A DNA stretch of 63,570 bases, filler included, from a bacterium (GCA_024275095.1; 8 parts of 8 records of this genome joined end to end with filler, not necessarily neighbours in it); one strand, 5' to 3'. Counted from the whole stretch's first letter, positions 1 to 9,880 are shown. Made by a program: numbers and translations. Notes: generated by a model not told the origin, from the sequence alone.

Positions 1-150
1 CGCTACCGCTCATGCCACAGGTCCCGGCTTCGCCCACCTGTTCCTGGAACCTGTCAAAATAGCTCAAAAAGGCTTTGTTTTGCCAGCGATAATATTCGAG
101 GAACCGATTGAATATCATTTTTTTCAGGTCGCTGAATGTGTTCTGTTCCC
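1..150 (-). pseudogene. Fragment of a GHMP-kinase-like (IspE-like) gene, 5'-truncated and running off the window edge
   Basis: Manual minus-strand translation gives EQNTFSDLKKMIFNRFLEYY...EAGTCGMSGS, ending in the GHMP C-terminal MSGS(G) motif. The coding-like sequence begins right at the repeat motif at 151-174. Confidence 0.4.
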
Positions 151-174
151 GGGGTCTGGTCTCAACATTGGACA
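151..174 (+). repeat. 24-bp dispersed motif, copy 1 (GGGGTCTGGTCTCAACATTGGACA)
   Basis: One mismatch to the copy at 63275-63298 and two to the reverse complement of 28302-28325. Confidence 0.85.
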
Positions 175-277
175 TTCGGGGGTTGTGCTAAGGTTTTGCG
201 GGCGGTGCGGCGGGGTTTGGTGTTGCGGGTTTGGGTCTCAAGAGGGAAGAGTTGGTGAGAAAAGGCGGGTGGACGGG

Positions 278-440
278 GATTGCTTCGTCGCTCTCGCGCA
301 ACAGGCGCGATCGCTTCTTGCAGTGAGTGGTGGGCGGGAAATGGCGCGCACGGCACGCGTGATTGGTGCGTGCCGAAAATCAGGGCTCGGGCGGGTGGAA
401 AACATAATTCTCGGCGCACAGCAGGAGGGTGCGCCGAGAA
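278..440. repeat. Cluster of REP-like palindromes
   Basis: GATTGCTTCGTCGCT..TCGCGC/GCGCGA..TTGCAGTGA (278-326); CGGCACGC/GCGTGCCG stem (351-375); TTCTCGGCGCAC/GTGCGCCGAGAA 12-bp stem (408-440). Confidence 0.6.
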
Positions 441-479
441 AGAATCAGGGATAGGGCGGGCGGGTAATGTAAGTAGTGT

Positions 480-1895
480 TTAATGCAATTTCTGGATAAG
501 GTCTTTCAGCACATAGTATGCCTTTTTGGGTGTGCCCTGTGCATCTACCAGGCCCCAGAAGTTTTCCACGCGCTTGATCCCGGTAAATGGAAGTTCAGGA
601 TCGCGAAGCTTGAGGTAGATATAGCCGACACTTCCTGCCTGGTATGCGGAAAGGAAGCTCTGACGTACATACTCAGCCTGGAGGTCTTCTGAGTAGCCTT
701 CGGTTGTGGGACCGGAAGGATAACCAGTTTCCAGCACCATTACGGGCTTGCCTGTTGCCCGGCCTGCAATGGTTATCCATTCGCCCATGGCGTTCCCCAG
801 CACAGGTTCTGGAAAGAGGTAATTGGGGTAAGCGCCAAGGCCGATAAGGTCGAAGGCGGAATGGTAGATGTTCACGTGATACATGAGGTCAGGATCGTGG
901 ACGTTGAAATTCATCGATACGGCAGCACCGGGATGTGCCCGGTGAATGGCATCCGAAACGCTTGAAAGGAGTCGCACGATAAACTCTTCATCGCACCATG
1001 CTCTGCCCACACGCCACTGAGCTACAGTTGTGTGAGTGCATGCCCAGTTGAGCTCGTTTTCCACGTTGAAAAGAAAAACCCGTTCTCTGTAACGGCTGGC
1101 AAGGGCAAAGGCGTAACGCGAGGCAGCGTCAATATAGGCATCTTCACCAACCCCCAGGTAGGTGGTACATCCTGATTCATTGCACAGGGTTTCACGGAAG
1201 TTTTCGTCTTCAGGTGCTGCCCTGCCGCAGATGCTGCCACGGCACACCCCCGGCGCAGTGGTCGCGTCAATGATGAGAGGTACCGCACACAATCCAGCAT
1301 TCGTGAAGTTCTGAATAACACTGTCGGCGGCGTTCCAGTCCTGGGTGATTCCTCCTGAGAACCGGGGTTCTGATGCATTCCACGGCAGCCAGAACTTTAC
1401 GCATTTCACGCCGAGTTCCGTTGCAAGGGGTACGATGTCTTCTATCTGGCGGTCCTGAAGGTACGGCTCCACCACCACACCGCTCATAAAGTCGTTTAAA
1501 GAAGTTGTAAAGGTGATGACTCCGTCGGGACTTTCGGCTTCAATGAGCGGTGCGTGCCATGGCATAAGCACGAGGGGGCAATAATATGTTGTGCCTTTTG
1601 TGTTTGAACGTTTTTGCTCACAGGCTGTTTTTTGGCCTTCTGGAGAAACAACTTTTACATCCTGCAGACCTTCTACAGTAATGGCAAAGGTGTCCTTGTC
1701 AAGTATTTCTGCACGTACCACACGGGCGTTTGAGGAGGGTGCCGTGCATCCGAAGAGGATGCTCGCCACAAGGAGAAAAAGGGTGCTTTTGCGCACGTGC
1801 ATTAAACTTATTTTTACACGGATAAGCCGCATATCATACCTTCTCTCGAATTTTAAAAGGAAAAGGCACACGCATGCGACTATAATGAAAAACAT
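480..1895 (-). CDS. Clan GH-A glycoside hydrolase-like lipoprotein (true start probably ~1802-1832)
   Basis: Lipobox-like ILFGC; acid/base NE in NVENELN; nucleophile-type VLETGYP; C-terminal FWGLVD..G.PK..Y typical of GH-A TIM barrels. Confidence 0.7.
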   Translation of the reverse strand: MFFIIVACVCLFLLKFERRYDMRLIRVKISLMHVRKSTLFLLVASILFGCTAPSSNARVVRAEILDKDTFAITVEGLQDVKVVSPEGQKTACEQKRSNTKGTTYYCPLVLMPWHAPLIEAESPDGVITFTTSLNDFMSGVVVEPYLQDRQIEDIVPLATELGVKCVKFWLPWNASEPRFSGGITQDWNAADSVIQNFTNAGLCAVPLIIDATTAPGVCRGSICGRAAPEDENFRETLCNESGCTTYLGVGEDAYIDAASRYAFALASRYRERVFLFNVENELNWACTHTTVAQWRVGRAWCDEEFIVRLLSSVSDAIHRAHPGAAVSMNFNVHDPDLMYHVNIYHSAFDLIGLGAYPNYLFPEPVLGNAMGEWITIAGRATGKPVMVLETGYPSGPTTEGYSEDLQAEYVRQSFLSAYQAGSVGYIYLKLRDPELPFTGIKRVENFWGLVDAQGTPKKAYYVLKDLIQKLH

Positions 1896-1919
1896 CAGGT
1901 GATTTCGCTACTGTAAAAA

Positions 1920-2696
1920 ATGAAAGAGACCGCGCCCATCATTTCTGTGGCCATTATTGCAATGAACGAGGAAAATCGCATCGGCCGCGCGATAGAGAGC
2001 GTTAAAGACCTGGCTGACGAAATTGTTGTGATTGATGCCTGTTCCGAAGACCGTACGCGCGAAATTGCACGCGAAATGGGCGCGAAAGTGTATGAAGAAG
2101 AGTGGAAAGGCTTTGCCGCACAGCGCAACTCAGCGCTTGAAAAATGCACCGGAGAATGGATTCTTTTTCTCGATTGTGATGAGGTCGTAACTCCAGAACT
2201 CTGCGAGAGCATAAAGCATGCTGTCAATCACGGGAATGCCGACGCTTATCTTTTTCGTCGCAAGACCTGGTACCTCGGTCGTTTCTTGGAGCACGCCTGG
2301 CAGCCTGATTGGAAACTCCGGCTGGTACGTCGCTCTGCCCAACCCCGCTGGGAGGGTGTTGACATGCCCGAACGCCTGGTGTTCCAGGGAAAGGCACGCA
2401 AGATTTCGGGCCTCCTGTATCATTATCCCTTCCAGGACCTTGCAGAACACATGGACAGAACTGTCAAATATGCACGCATTGCAGCGACGGCAGCACACCG
2501 GGAAGGAAAACGCTTCAACATTTTTCGGCTTCTTTTCTCACCTCCTGTTGCATTTTTCAAAGAATTTGTGCTCAAACGCGGCTTTCTCGACGGCCTGCGG
2601 GGTCTGCTTGTCGCGTTCAGTGCAGCCTTCTATTCTTTTCTCACGCATGCACATCTATGGGATATTCAACGTAAGAGGCGGAATACTGCACTGTGA
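1920..2696 (+). CDS. Glycosyltransferase family 2 (LPS core beta-glucosyltransferase, KdtX/LgtF-like)
   Basis: ISVAIIAMNEE, W.GFAAQRN, WILFLDCDE, GFLDG.RG motifs. Confidence 0.9.
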   Translation: MKETAPIISVAIIAMNEENRIGRAIESVKDLADEIVVIDACSEDRTREIAREMGAKVYEEEWKGFAAQRNSALEKCTGEWILFLDCDEVVTPELCESIKHAVNHGNADAYLFRRKTWYLGRFLEHAWQPDWKLRLVRRSAQPRWEGVDMPERLVFQGKARKISGLLYHYPFQDLAEHMDRTVKYARIAATAAHREGKRFNIFRLLFSPPVAFFKEFVLKRGFLDGLRGLLVAFSAAFYSFLTHAHLWDIQRKRRNTAL

Positions 2697-3736
2697 AGGT
2701 TCTCCAGTTCACAACGGAACAGCACTGGCGCGGTGGTGAACGCCAGGTTTTTTACACCGTGCAGGGGCTGGCAGAGAAGGGGGTGGATGTCCATTTGCTC
2801 TGTCTTAAAGGAAGTGCCATTGAGGTACGAGTGCGTGAAAAGGGGGTTGCGGTACATACTGTAAATACCCGTGCCGGTGCTTTTCTTTTTCTTCTCAGGT
2901 ATGGTTCCCGCTATCATGTTATCCATGCCCAGAATCCCCATGCCCACCTTGTGTCCGTGCTTACACAGCCATTTCATCAGCGTCCGGTCGTTTATACCCG
3001 CCGGGTTGATTTCCCTTTGCGCAATGCGTTTTCGCGTCTCATTTACCAACGTACGGATGCAATTGTCGCCATCACACATTTTATCGAACAGGTGGTGGCA
3101 TCAGCAGGAGTAAATGTATGCGGTGTGATTCCTGAAGCAGTTCAAGAACGCATTTTGAACCACAACCGCGCCAGGGAATTTTTACGTGCCCGAACCCTGG
3201 CAGGCCGCCGAATTGTTGCAACGGTGGCAGCGCTTGTGCCGCACAAAGATCCTTTTACCATGGTCAAAGCGATTCATCTGCTCAGAAAGGAGCGGGGTGA
3301 TTTCGTGTTTTTGCATTTTGGCGCCGGTCCCCTCAGAGAGGCTCTCCTTCGAAAAGTTTCTCGCTACAATCTTGAGGGCATATACCATCTGCCGGGATTT
3401 GTTGAGGATGTAGAGGATTTCTTTTCAGTTTTTGATGTGTTTGTTATGAGCTCCAGAATGGAAGGACTGGGAAGCAGCATTCTCGATGCGTTCCTTTACA
3501 GAGTGCCGGTTGTGGCCACAGCCGCAGGTGGAATGAAGGAAATTGTTGAGGGGCGCGGGTGGCTGTGTGCTCCAGGTGATCCCGAGTGTCTTGCCACGGG
3601 AATTTCTCGGATGCTTGATGATGAGCAACTGCGTGCCAGTGTAACCGCAAAGGCGCTTGAATACGTGAAATCGTTTCACAACACCGATCGTATGGTTAAC
3701 CAGTACATTCAGCTTTACGAAAGACTGAAAAAATGA
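2693..3736 (+). CDS. Glycosyltransferase family 4
   Basis: WRGGERQ N-terminus; DVFVMSSRMEGLGSSILDA motif. Confidence 0.9.
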   Translation: MKVLQFTTEQHWRGGERQVFYTVQGLAEKGVDVHLLCLKGSAIEVRVREKGVAVHTVNTRAGAFLFLLRYGSRYHVIHAQNPHAHLVSVLTQPFHQRPVVYTRRVDFPLRNAFSRLIYQRTDAIVAITHFIEQVVASAGVNVCGVIPEAVQERILNHNRAREFLRARTLAGRRIVATVAALVPHKDPFTMVKAIHLLRKERGDFVFLHFGAGPLREALLRKVSRYNLEGIYHLPGFVEDVEDFFSVFDVFVMSSRMEGLGSSILDAFLYRVPVVATAAGGMKEIVEGRGWLCAPGDPECLATGISRMLDDEQLRASVTAKALEYVKSFHNTDRMVNQYIQLYERLKK

Positions 3737-4974
3737 AAATACCGAAACACTCACTGGCTTACCTGCAACTTGTCTCAGCGATTGTCGGGGTTGCCTTTAC
3801 CACCTTCAGTGTCTCGGGAGTTCTTATCGCAGGATACGCATTACTTGTTTTCAGTATCATTTCATGGATCGGGCGAAAGGACTGGACGGTTTTCAAGACC
3901 CACTGGGACCTGACTGTTCTTGTACTCTATCTTCTCATCGTCTCTGGTGTTTATTACCGTGGAGAAAGAGAGCTTTTCTTCTGGGGAAAATTCTTTGGTC
4001 ATGCAGTGTTTCTGTTTTTTGTTACCGACGCAGTTGAGTTGAGTGACAGGTGGTTTCGGCGGGTTTTGCTCGCGATGGTGGTGGTCGCGGATGTTCTCTG
4101 TCTGCGGGTTGCTGGCAGTGTTATTTTCAATGAAAACTATGGACTACCTGTCTCGTTCCTGCCCGGCCTTCAGGAGACAGCAGGAGTGGTTTTCTTCTTT
4201 TTTACTTTTCAAATCGTTGCTTTACTTTACGTTCCCCTGCACGGTGAAGAAAAAAAATATCTGTTTGTCTCGACCGTTTTCAAGGGTGTTACCATTGCGC
4301 TGTTAAAAAGTCGCACGTACTTTTTCGCCCTGGTGCTTGTAAGCCTGTACGCGGCGTTTCTGGCCTTAAGAGACCGGAGCAGGCGCGTGCGCGCTCTCAC
4401 AGTTGGAGCCATCATACTGGTTGCACTTGCCGCAGCGGTTTTTTACCCCGGCATGGACACGAAACTGGCCAATGTGTTTAATTTGCATTTTGAGTCCAAT
4501 GCTCAACGCATATGTGCCTGGAAAAGAAGCCTGCAGGCGTTTGTTCGCTCACCGCTTACAGGTCATGGTATCGGATATTTCAGCGACGAGTTCTTTGACG
4601 GGATTCAGCGTGTTCCAGGATGTGGTCCGCCACTGTGGAACTACTACGGGAGCACGAAAATGCACGACCCACACAACCTGTTTCTTTACTTCCTGGTGGC
4701 GGGAGGGGTGCCGGCGCTTTTCCTTTACCTGGTGTTTGTCTGTCGCACTGTTTTGCTGCTCCTCCGCTTGGCAAATACTGAAGGTATCGAGAACCTCCGG
4801 AAGTGGTGGCCCACGGCTTCACTGCTCTTTTTCATCGCGGTGGTTTTCTTAGGCGGGAGCTTTGACCGCCACCCATTCCTTGACCCCCTTATGGCGTTTC
4901 TCACCGGCGTGGCACTGGCAGGAAGTCGTGCCCTTGCAACACAACTGAAAAGCGGACAAAAACGAACCCGTTGA
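3733..4974 (+). CDS. O-antigen ligase family membrane protein (WaaL/Wzy_C)
   Basis: Multiple TM segments, SRT motif, SNAQR..W, PLTGHGIG, HDPHN; in an operon with glycosyltransferases. Confidence 0.85.
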   Translation: MKIPKHSLAYLQLVSAIVGVAFTTFSVSGVLIAGYALLVFSIISWIGRKDWTVFKTHWDLTVLVLYLLIVSGVYYRGERELFFWGKFFGHAVFLFFVTDAVELSDRWFRRVLLAMVVVADVLCLRVAGSVIFNENYGLPVSFLPGLQETAGVVFFFFTFQIVALLYVPLHGEEKKYLFVSTVFKGVTIALLKSRTYFFALVLVSLYAAFLALRDRSRRVRALTVGAIILVALAAAVFYPGMDTKLANVFNLHFESNAQRICAWKRSLQAFVRSPLTGHGIGYFSDEFFDGIQRVPGCGPPLWNYYGSTKMHDPHNLFLYFLVAGGVPALFLYLVFVCRTVLLLLRLANTEGIENLRKWWPTASLLFFIAVVFLGGSFDRHPFLDPLMAFLTGVALAGSRALATQLKSGQKRTR

Positions 4975-4976
4975 AG

Positions 4977-6116
4977 TCAGTCCCTGAATATTTCCCGGGC
5001 AATGATAAGCTTCTGAACCTCCATTGTGCCCTGCGCAGCAATCCAGGAAAAGGCATCGCGCACGTACCGCTCGACAGGATATGCAGCATCGCAACCGTAT
5101 CCACCGAGTATGCGGTTGGCGAGGGTGACAGCTTTTACCAGGGTCTCGCCGGCGAACATTTTTGCCATGGAGGTTTCTTTGCGGTGATTCAGGCCTTTTT
5201 CACTCATAACCGCTGCACGGTAGGCAAGAAGACGGGCCGCGTCTATCTGAGTGGCGAGTTCAGCAAGAGCAAAAGAAATGGACTGGTGTTGTTTAAGTTT
5301 TTGACCTGCAATTTCCCGTTCAGCCGCAAATGCCCTTGCAGCATCGTAAGCCGCACGCGCCAGTCCTATGTAACCCCAGGCAAGGCTGATGCGGGTGGTG
5401 TTAAGCACCTTCAGGGCGAGGCGCAGACCTTCTCCCTCTTCTCCCACACGCGCGGAAGCGGGCACGCGCACATCCTTGAGAGAGATAGTCCACGCACGAT
5501 GGCCGCGAAGCCCGAAAATGTTGGTGAACTCCGCAAGTTTAAACTGTCCCTTTTCCAGGATAAAAGCAGAAATGCCCCTTGAACCTGCCTGCGGATTTGT
5601 TTTTGCAAAGACTGCACAGAAGTCGGCCATATCTGCAAAGGTGATGAGCCTTTTTTTACCGTTGATGATGTATTCTTCGCCATCGCGCCGGGCGGTTGTT
5701 TTCATGTTCACGGGATCTGAGCCGGGTCCCTCGTCTGTAAGGGCATAACAGCCGATTTGACCCTCCACCAGCCGCGTCAGGTACCTGCGTTGCTGTTCTT
5801 CGCTGCCACTGTACCTGAGCACGTGTACGAAAAGCTGTGCGATCTCCAGCAAAGGAATGAGAGCCGGGCAACCGTAGCCAATTTCTTCCGCGATGATGCA
5901 CACATCCAGCTTTCCCAATTCCAGTCCCCCGTATTTTTTGGGAACCGAGAGGGCGTTCAGATGAAATGGCTCGGTCGTCAGCCTGGGAAGCAGGTCCTGC
6001 GGGATGGCATTCTTTTCGTCTATTTCTTTCACGCGTGGTAATACGTATTCCCTGACCAGTTCTCTGTAATGGTCCCTGAGTTTTTTCTGTTCTTCCGTAA
6101 AAAACACCTCTGCCAT
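4977..6116 (-). CDS. Acyl-CoA dehydrogenase family protein (atypical active site)
   Basis: ALTDEGPGSD, INGKKRLIT, LGGYG, ERYVRDA motifs; ATG at 6116 follows AAGGAGG. Confidence 0.9.
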   Translation of the reverse strand: MAEVFFTEEQKKLRDHYRELVREYVLPRVKEIDEKNAIPQDLLPRLTTEPFHLNALSVPKKYGGLELGKLDVCIIAEEIGYGCPALIPLLEIAQLFVHVLRYSGSEEQQRRYLTRLVEGQIGCYALTDEGPGSDPVNMKTTARRDGEEYIINGKKRLITFADMADFCAVFAKTNPQAGSRGISAFILEKGQFKLAEFTNIFGLRGHRAWTISLKDVRVPASARVGEEGEGLRLALKVLNTTRISLAWGYIGLARAAYDAARAFAAEREIAGQKLKQHQSISFALAELATQIDAARLLAYRAAVMSEKGLNHRKETSMAKMFAGETLVKAVTLANRILGGYGCDAAYPVERYVRDAFSWIAAQGTMEVQKLIIAREIFRD

Positions 6117-6225
6117 AATACGCCTCCTTACAGATGAATTTCGCTCATATTGTGCCACAACACAGGAGCCATGTCGTGGGAAAAGTGGTTATCCCAAGAA
6201 ATATGCGTATAATGTTTTTCCTGAG

Positions 6226-7575
6226 GTGAGAGGTCTGTACGCATTATTGGTGTTGTTTTTGCTTGCTGCCGGGTGTTCGTCGCCCGACAGCGGTGCTTCC
6301 ACTCATCCTCTTTTCCCTGATACCTGGCAGGGGTTGCACCTTTTTGTCTACGGTGGGGGACTGGCGGGAAAGGTAGGGGTACACCTTGAAGAAGAACAAT
6401 TGAGAGAAACCGCCCGGCGTTTTGACGCAGCATTGTGGCTTTATTCGGACACGGGAGTTGCTCAAATTCTCAAGGAGGAGAACCCACAATTTCTCACCTT
6501 TTTGTATTACGATGCTATCTACAGCGGCCTTTACGAGACGCGTGAGGGAATTTACTGGATGCCCAGGGAAGACTGGGAATTTGTTTCGAGATATCCGTCC
6601 ATGTTTGCCAGAAATTGTCGTTATTCAAAAGAACCGCACTGCCGTCTGCGCAATCCTATATGGCGGGATGAATGGTTGATGGACGTGTCTGACCTGGACG
6701 AGGAGGATGCCGATGACATCACCCACTGGGTGAACTATCTCGCCCACATCACCGATAGGCGTATCAGGGAGGACGGGTACATAGACGGTGTGTTTTTTGA
6801 TGAACTTATGCTCCCCTACACTCCCTATATGCCTGAAAGCATGCCTCATTATGGAGCGTGGTTCAACCAGCTCAAGCGAGCTGCTGCTTTTCTTCGCAAA
6901 TACCATAAAAATCGTCCCCTCCTGTTCAACGGACTTCAACAGGATTTTCTTTTTTATCCTGACATCGTTGAATTACTGAATTACACCGATGGAGCACTGT
7001 TTGAATGCTTTGTGCTTTGCTGGGCCATGGGCCCATATATGGGAGAATACATATGGAAGAGAACCCTTGAACTGGCTCTTGAGCTGGAAACACAGGGAAA
7101 GGCCCAGTTTCTCCAGGCGATCTGGACTGCGGGTGACATCCCTCGCGGATACAGGCTTCTTGCTCTTGCCTCCTATTATCTTGTAAAAGGTCACAGAACT
7201 TATTTTTACCTCAACGTACTGGACAGGCAGCAGGCTCCATTGTTTCTGCCCGAATGGGAGCTCGACCTGGGGGAGCCCCTTTATGCACCAAGCACGCTGG
7301 ATTCATTGAGATCATCAGAGGGATATTACACCCGGGAATACACAAATGGCAAAGTATTCGTAAACCCGTTTTTTGACAAAAGCTTTCAGGTGCATCTTTC
7401 GGAAGAATGCGCACGCGTTCTGCCTGCAGGAACAGGATATATCAGCACTCAGGGCCGGGTTGTGCCATACGAAGATTGGAAACTGGACCTTGAAACTGTC
7501 ACTGTATTGACGCTTGAGCCTGCCACCGGTGAAATTCTTCTGTGCCCGCCGCCTTCAGGTGCTTCCGGAGGATAA
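6226..7575 (+). CDS. Putative glycoside-hydrolase-like lipoprotein (GHL15-like TIM barrel)
   Basis: Lipobox LAAGC; DGVFFD; C-terminal LDLGEP and YTREYTNGKVFVNP typical of this family. Confidence 0.6.
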   Translation: MRGLYALLVLFLLAAGCSSPDSGASTHPLFPDTWQGLHLFVYGGGLAGKVGVHLEEEQLRETARRFDAALWLYSDTGVAQILKEENPQFLTFLYYDAIYSGLYETREGIYWMPREDWEFVSRYPSMFARNCRYSKEPHCRLRNPIWRDEWLMDVSDLDEEDADDITHWVNYLAHITDRRIREDGYIDGVFFDELMLPYTPYMPESMPHYGAWFNQLKRAAAFLRKYHKNRPLLFNGLQQDFLFYPDIVELLNYTDGALFECFVLCWAMGPYMGEYIWKRTLELALELETQGKAQFLQAIWTAGDIPRGYRLLALASYYLVKGHRTYFYLNVLDRQQAPLFLPEWELDLGEPLYAPSTLDSLRSSEGYYTREYTNGKVFVNPFFDKSFQVHLSEECARVLPAGTGYISTQGRVVPYEDWKLDLETVTVLTLEPATGEILLCPPPSGASGG

Positions 7576-7588
7576 TGCCCATTTTTAC

Positions 7589-7617
7589 TTGAAAGGATCC
7601 TCTTTTTAGGGCATAGT
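7589..7617 (+). promoter_or_regulatory. Putative sigma70 promoter of the KamA-family gene
   Basis: TTGAAA-N17-CATAGT in the intergenic region. Confidence 0.45.
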
Positions 7618-7708
7618 GAAAGATACTTCCGGGCGTCCTCACGCAGTGCCCATGTGACAATAGAATGCGGCTTTTCCCCGTGGGGGCGTGCTTTGGGGAG
7701 GGGAATTT

Positions 7709-8848
7709 ATGAAAAAAATACGGTATTTCCAGAATGTCAAATATTTGGAAGGACTAAAAAAGGAGGAACTTCAAGAAGCAGAGCTCGTAAGTCGGATATT
7801 TCCTTTCCGGGCAAACGAGTATTATGCTTCACTGATTGACTGGACCTCTCCGGATGATCCTATAAAACGCATTATTCTGCCGACCACAGAGGAGATGGAA
7901 GAGTGGGGTCAGTTAGACGCTTCCCGCGAATCACGTTACACGGTTGCTCCAGGCCTCCAGCATAAATATCCGCCCACGGCCCTTCTCATTGTGACTGACG
8001 TATGCGGGGCATATTGCAGGTTTTGTTTCAGGAAAAGGCTGTTCATGAAACATACTGACGAGGTCATGCGGGATATTGAACCTGCACTTGAATACATTGC
8101 CTCCCACAAGGAAATTAACAATGTTCTCCTCACAGGTGGAGACCCTCTTACCCTTTCCACCAGACGCCTCGAATACGTAATTCGAACCCTTCGACAGATG
8201 AATCACATATATACCATCCGTATTGGTAGCAAGATACCGGCCTTTAACCCCTATCGCTTGCTGAATGATCCCTCGTTGCTTGAAATGCTGGCACGCTACA
8301 GCCGAGGGGACAAACGCATTTATCTCGTGACTCATTTCAATCATCCCAGGGAAATCACTCCGGAAGCTGTAGAAGCAGTCGAAATGGTGCAAAAAGCGGG
8401 AGTGGTGCTGGCCAACCAGACACCGCTGCTCAGGGGGATTAACGATGATCCGGTTGTGCTGGGAGAACTTTTCAACAAGCTCACCCGCATAGGTGTGGCA
8501 CCTTATTATGTGTTTCAATGCAGACCTACCAGAGGCAACCATGCTTTTACTCTACCCGTAGAGTTCTCTCTCGAAGTGTTTGAGGCGGCGAGACGAAATG
8601 GATCGGGGCTTGCCAAGCGTGCACGACTGATCATGTCTCATGAGACGGGAAAAATAGAAGTGCTGGGAAAGGTCAATGGTCAGGTGATTTTCCGTTATTA
8701 CCATCAGGCTGGCGGGGCTGGTCCCGGAGGTGAAGAAATACTCGTTTTCAATTCCAATCCCGAGGCTCTGTGGTTTGATGACTATTCTGAAGCGCAGAAT
8801 GTGATTATGGAAAAGCACAGGTTGATGGACCGCCAGGAGAGCGCCTGA
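7709..8848 (+). CDS. KamA family radical SAM protein (lysine 2,3-aminomutase-like)
   Basis: GLQHKYP, CGAYCRFCFRKR (CxxxCxxC), LLTGGDPL, THFNHPREIT, NQTPLLRGIND. Confidence 0.9.
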   Translation: MKKIRYFQNVKYLEGLKKEELQEAELVSRIFPFRANEYYASLIDWTSPDDPIKRIILPTTEEMEEWGQLDASRESRYTVAPGLQHKYPPTALLIVTDVCGAYCRFCFRKRLFMKHTDEVMRDIEPALEYIASHKEINNVLLTGGDPLTLSTRRLEYVIRTLRQMNHIYTIRIGSKIPAFNPYRLLNDPSLLEMLARYSRGDKRIYLVTHFNHPREITPEAVEAVEMVQKAGVVLANQTPLLRGINDDPVVLGELFNKLTRIGVAPYYVFQCRPTRGNHAFTLPVEFSLEVFEAARRNGSGLAKRARLIMSHETGKIEVLGKVNGQVIFRYYHQAGGAGPGGEEILVFNSNPEALWFDDYSEAQNVIMEKHRLMDRQESA

Positions 8849-8882
8849 AAAAAGCTTTTGGATTTACACATAGGGAGCTTCC

Positions 8883-9880
8883 TTGTTAAGGGTTGTGTCA
8901 GGTTTCTGGTGCGCGTTGATATTGTCGTTGGCGATGTCTGCACATTCGCATTTTCGGTTTTCGTTAAAAGGAGTGGATCTTTTCGCTTATGTAAAAGACC
9001 CTCTGTCGCAAAGTCACGCGTTTTTCAACATTGTTCGGCCCCGTTTCTCTTTCGAGGCCTCTGCCAGAGATACCGTATTTTTACGATTTTCTGGTGACGC
9101 AGAATATTACGCTGGAGAGGCCCTTGCTGTCTCTCAGGCGAAGTTTTTACTGGATTATGAAGATGCCTCCTACTTTCTGCCTTTTCAATATCTTACAGTG
9201 GATAGCAGACATCACCTTCTTTTTTTAAGAACTTATCGTCTGGTTCTCACTGTATCAAAGGGGCCCTTCACGCTTTCCGCAGGCAGGCAGTACATTGACT
9301 GGGGCCGGGGATATTTTTTCTTTCCTTTAAATCCTTTCACTCCCGCACTTAATGTTTCAGCAGAACCCGAGCAAATTCCGGGAATAGACGCTGTTCTCGT
9401 CCGTGCGGACATTACGGATTTTATCAGTACAGAGGGAGTATTCGGGCGTGCCGAGAAAAAATACAAGGGAGGAATTAATTTTGGGGGCTACTGGAAAGGT
9501 GTGGATTTCAATTTCCTGTATTTTTACGATGGCGTGCATCATGCAGGTGGCTCCTCGGTCGCTTTTAACCTTTTTGAAGGGGTGCTCAGGGCGGACCTGA
9601 TTGTTCCTGAGAAGAGATTCAAGCTTCTGCTGGGATACGATAGGGGCTTGGAAGAGGGTTTCGATCTCATTCTCGAGTATTTTCTGAACTACACAGACGG
9701 TTTTACATCATCGGATAAATACCCGTTTAATCAGATTCTCAGTTCATACTCTACCTCTTGATTCTCACAATTGAAAGTGTTGACTCAATTTTTCAGCCGT
9801 CCTCCGGGCACTGGTTCCTTGGGCCGCCATTACGCGGCTTTATATATCAGCAAGTCTCTGAACTATCCGATTACACTTTC
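8883..9880 (+). CDS. Outer-membrane beta-barrel-like hypothetical protein; in-frame TGA at 9759-9761, frame stays open to the contig end
   Basis: Signal peptide; AGRQYIDWGRG.FF.P.N and PGIDAV motifs; 39 more sense codons after the TGA (..SLGRHYAALYISKSLNYPITL). Confidence 0.6.
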
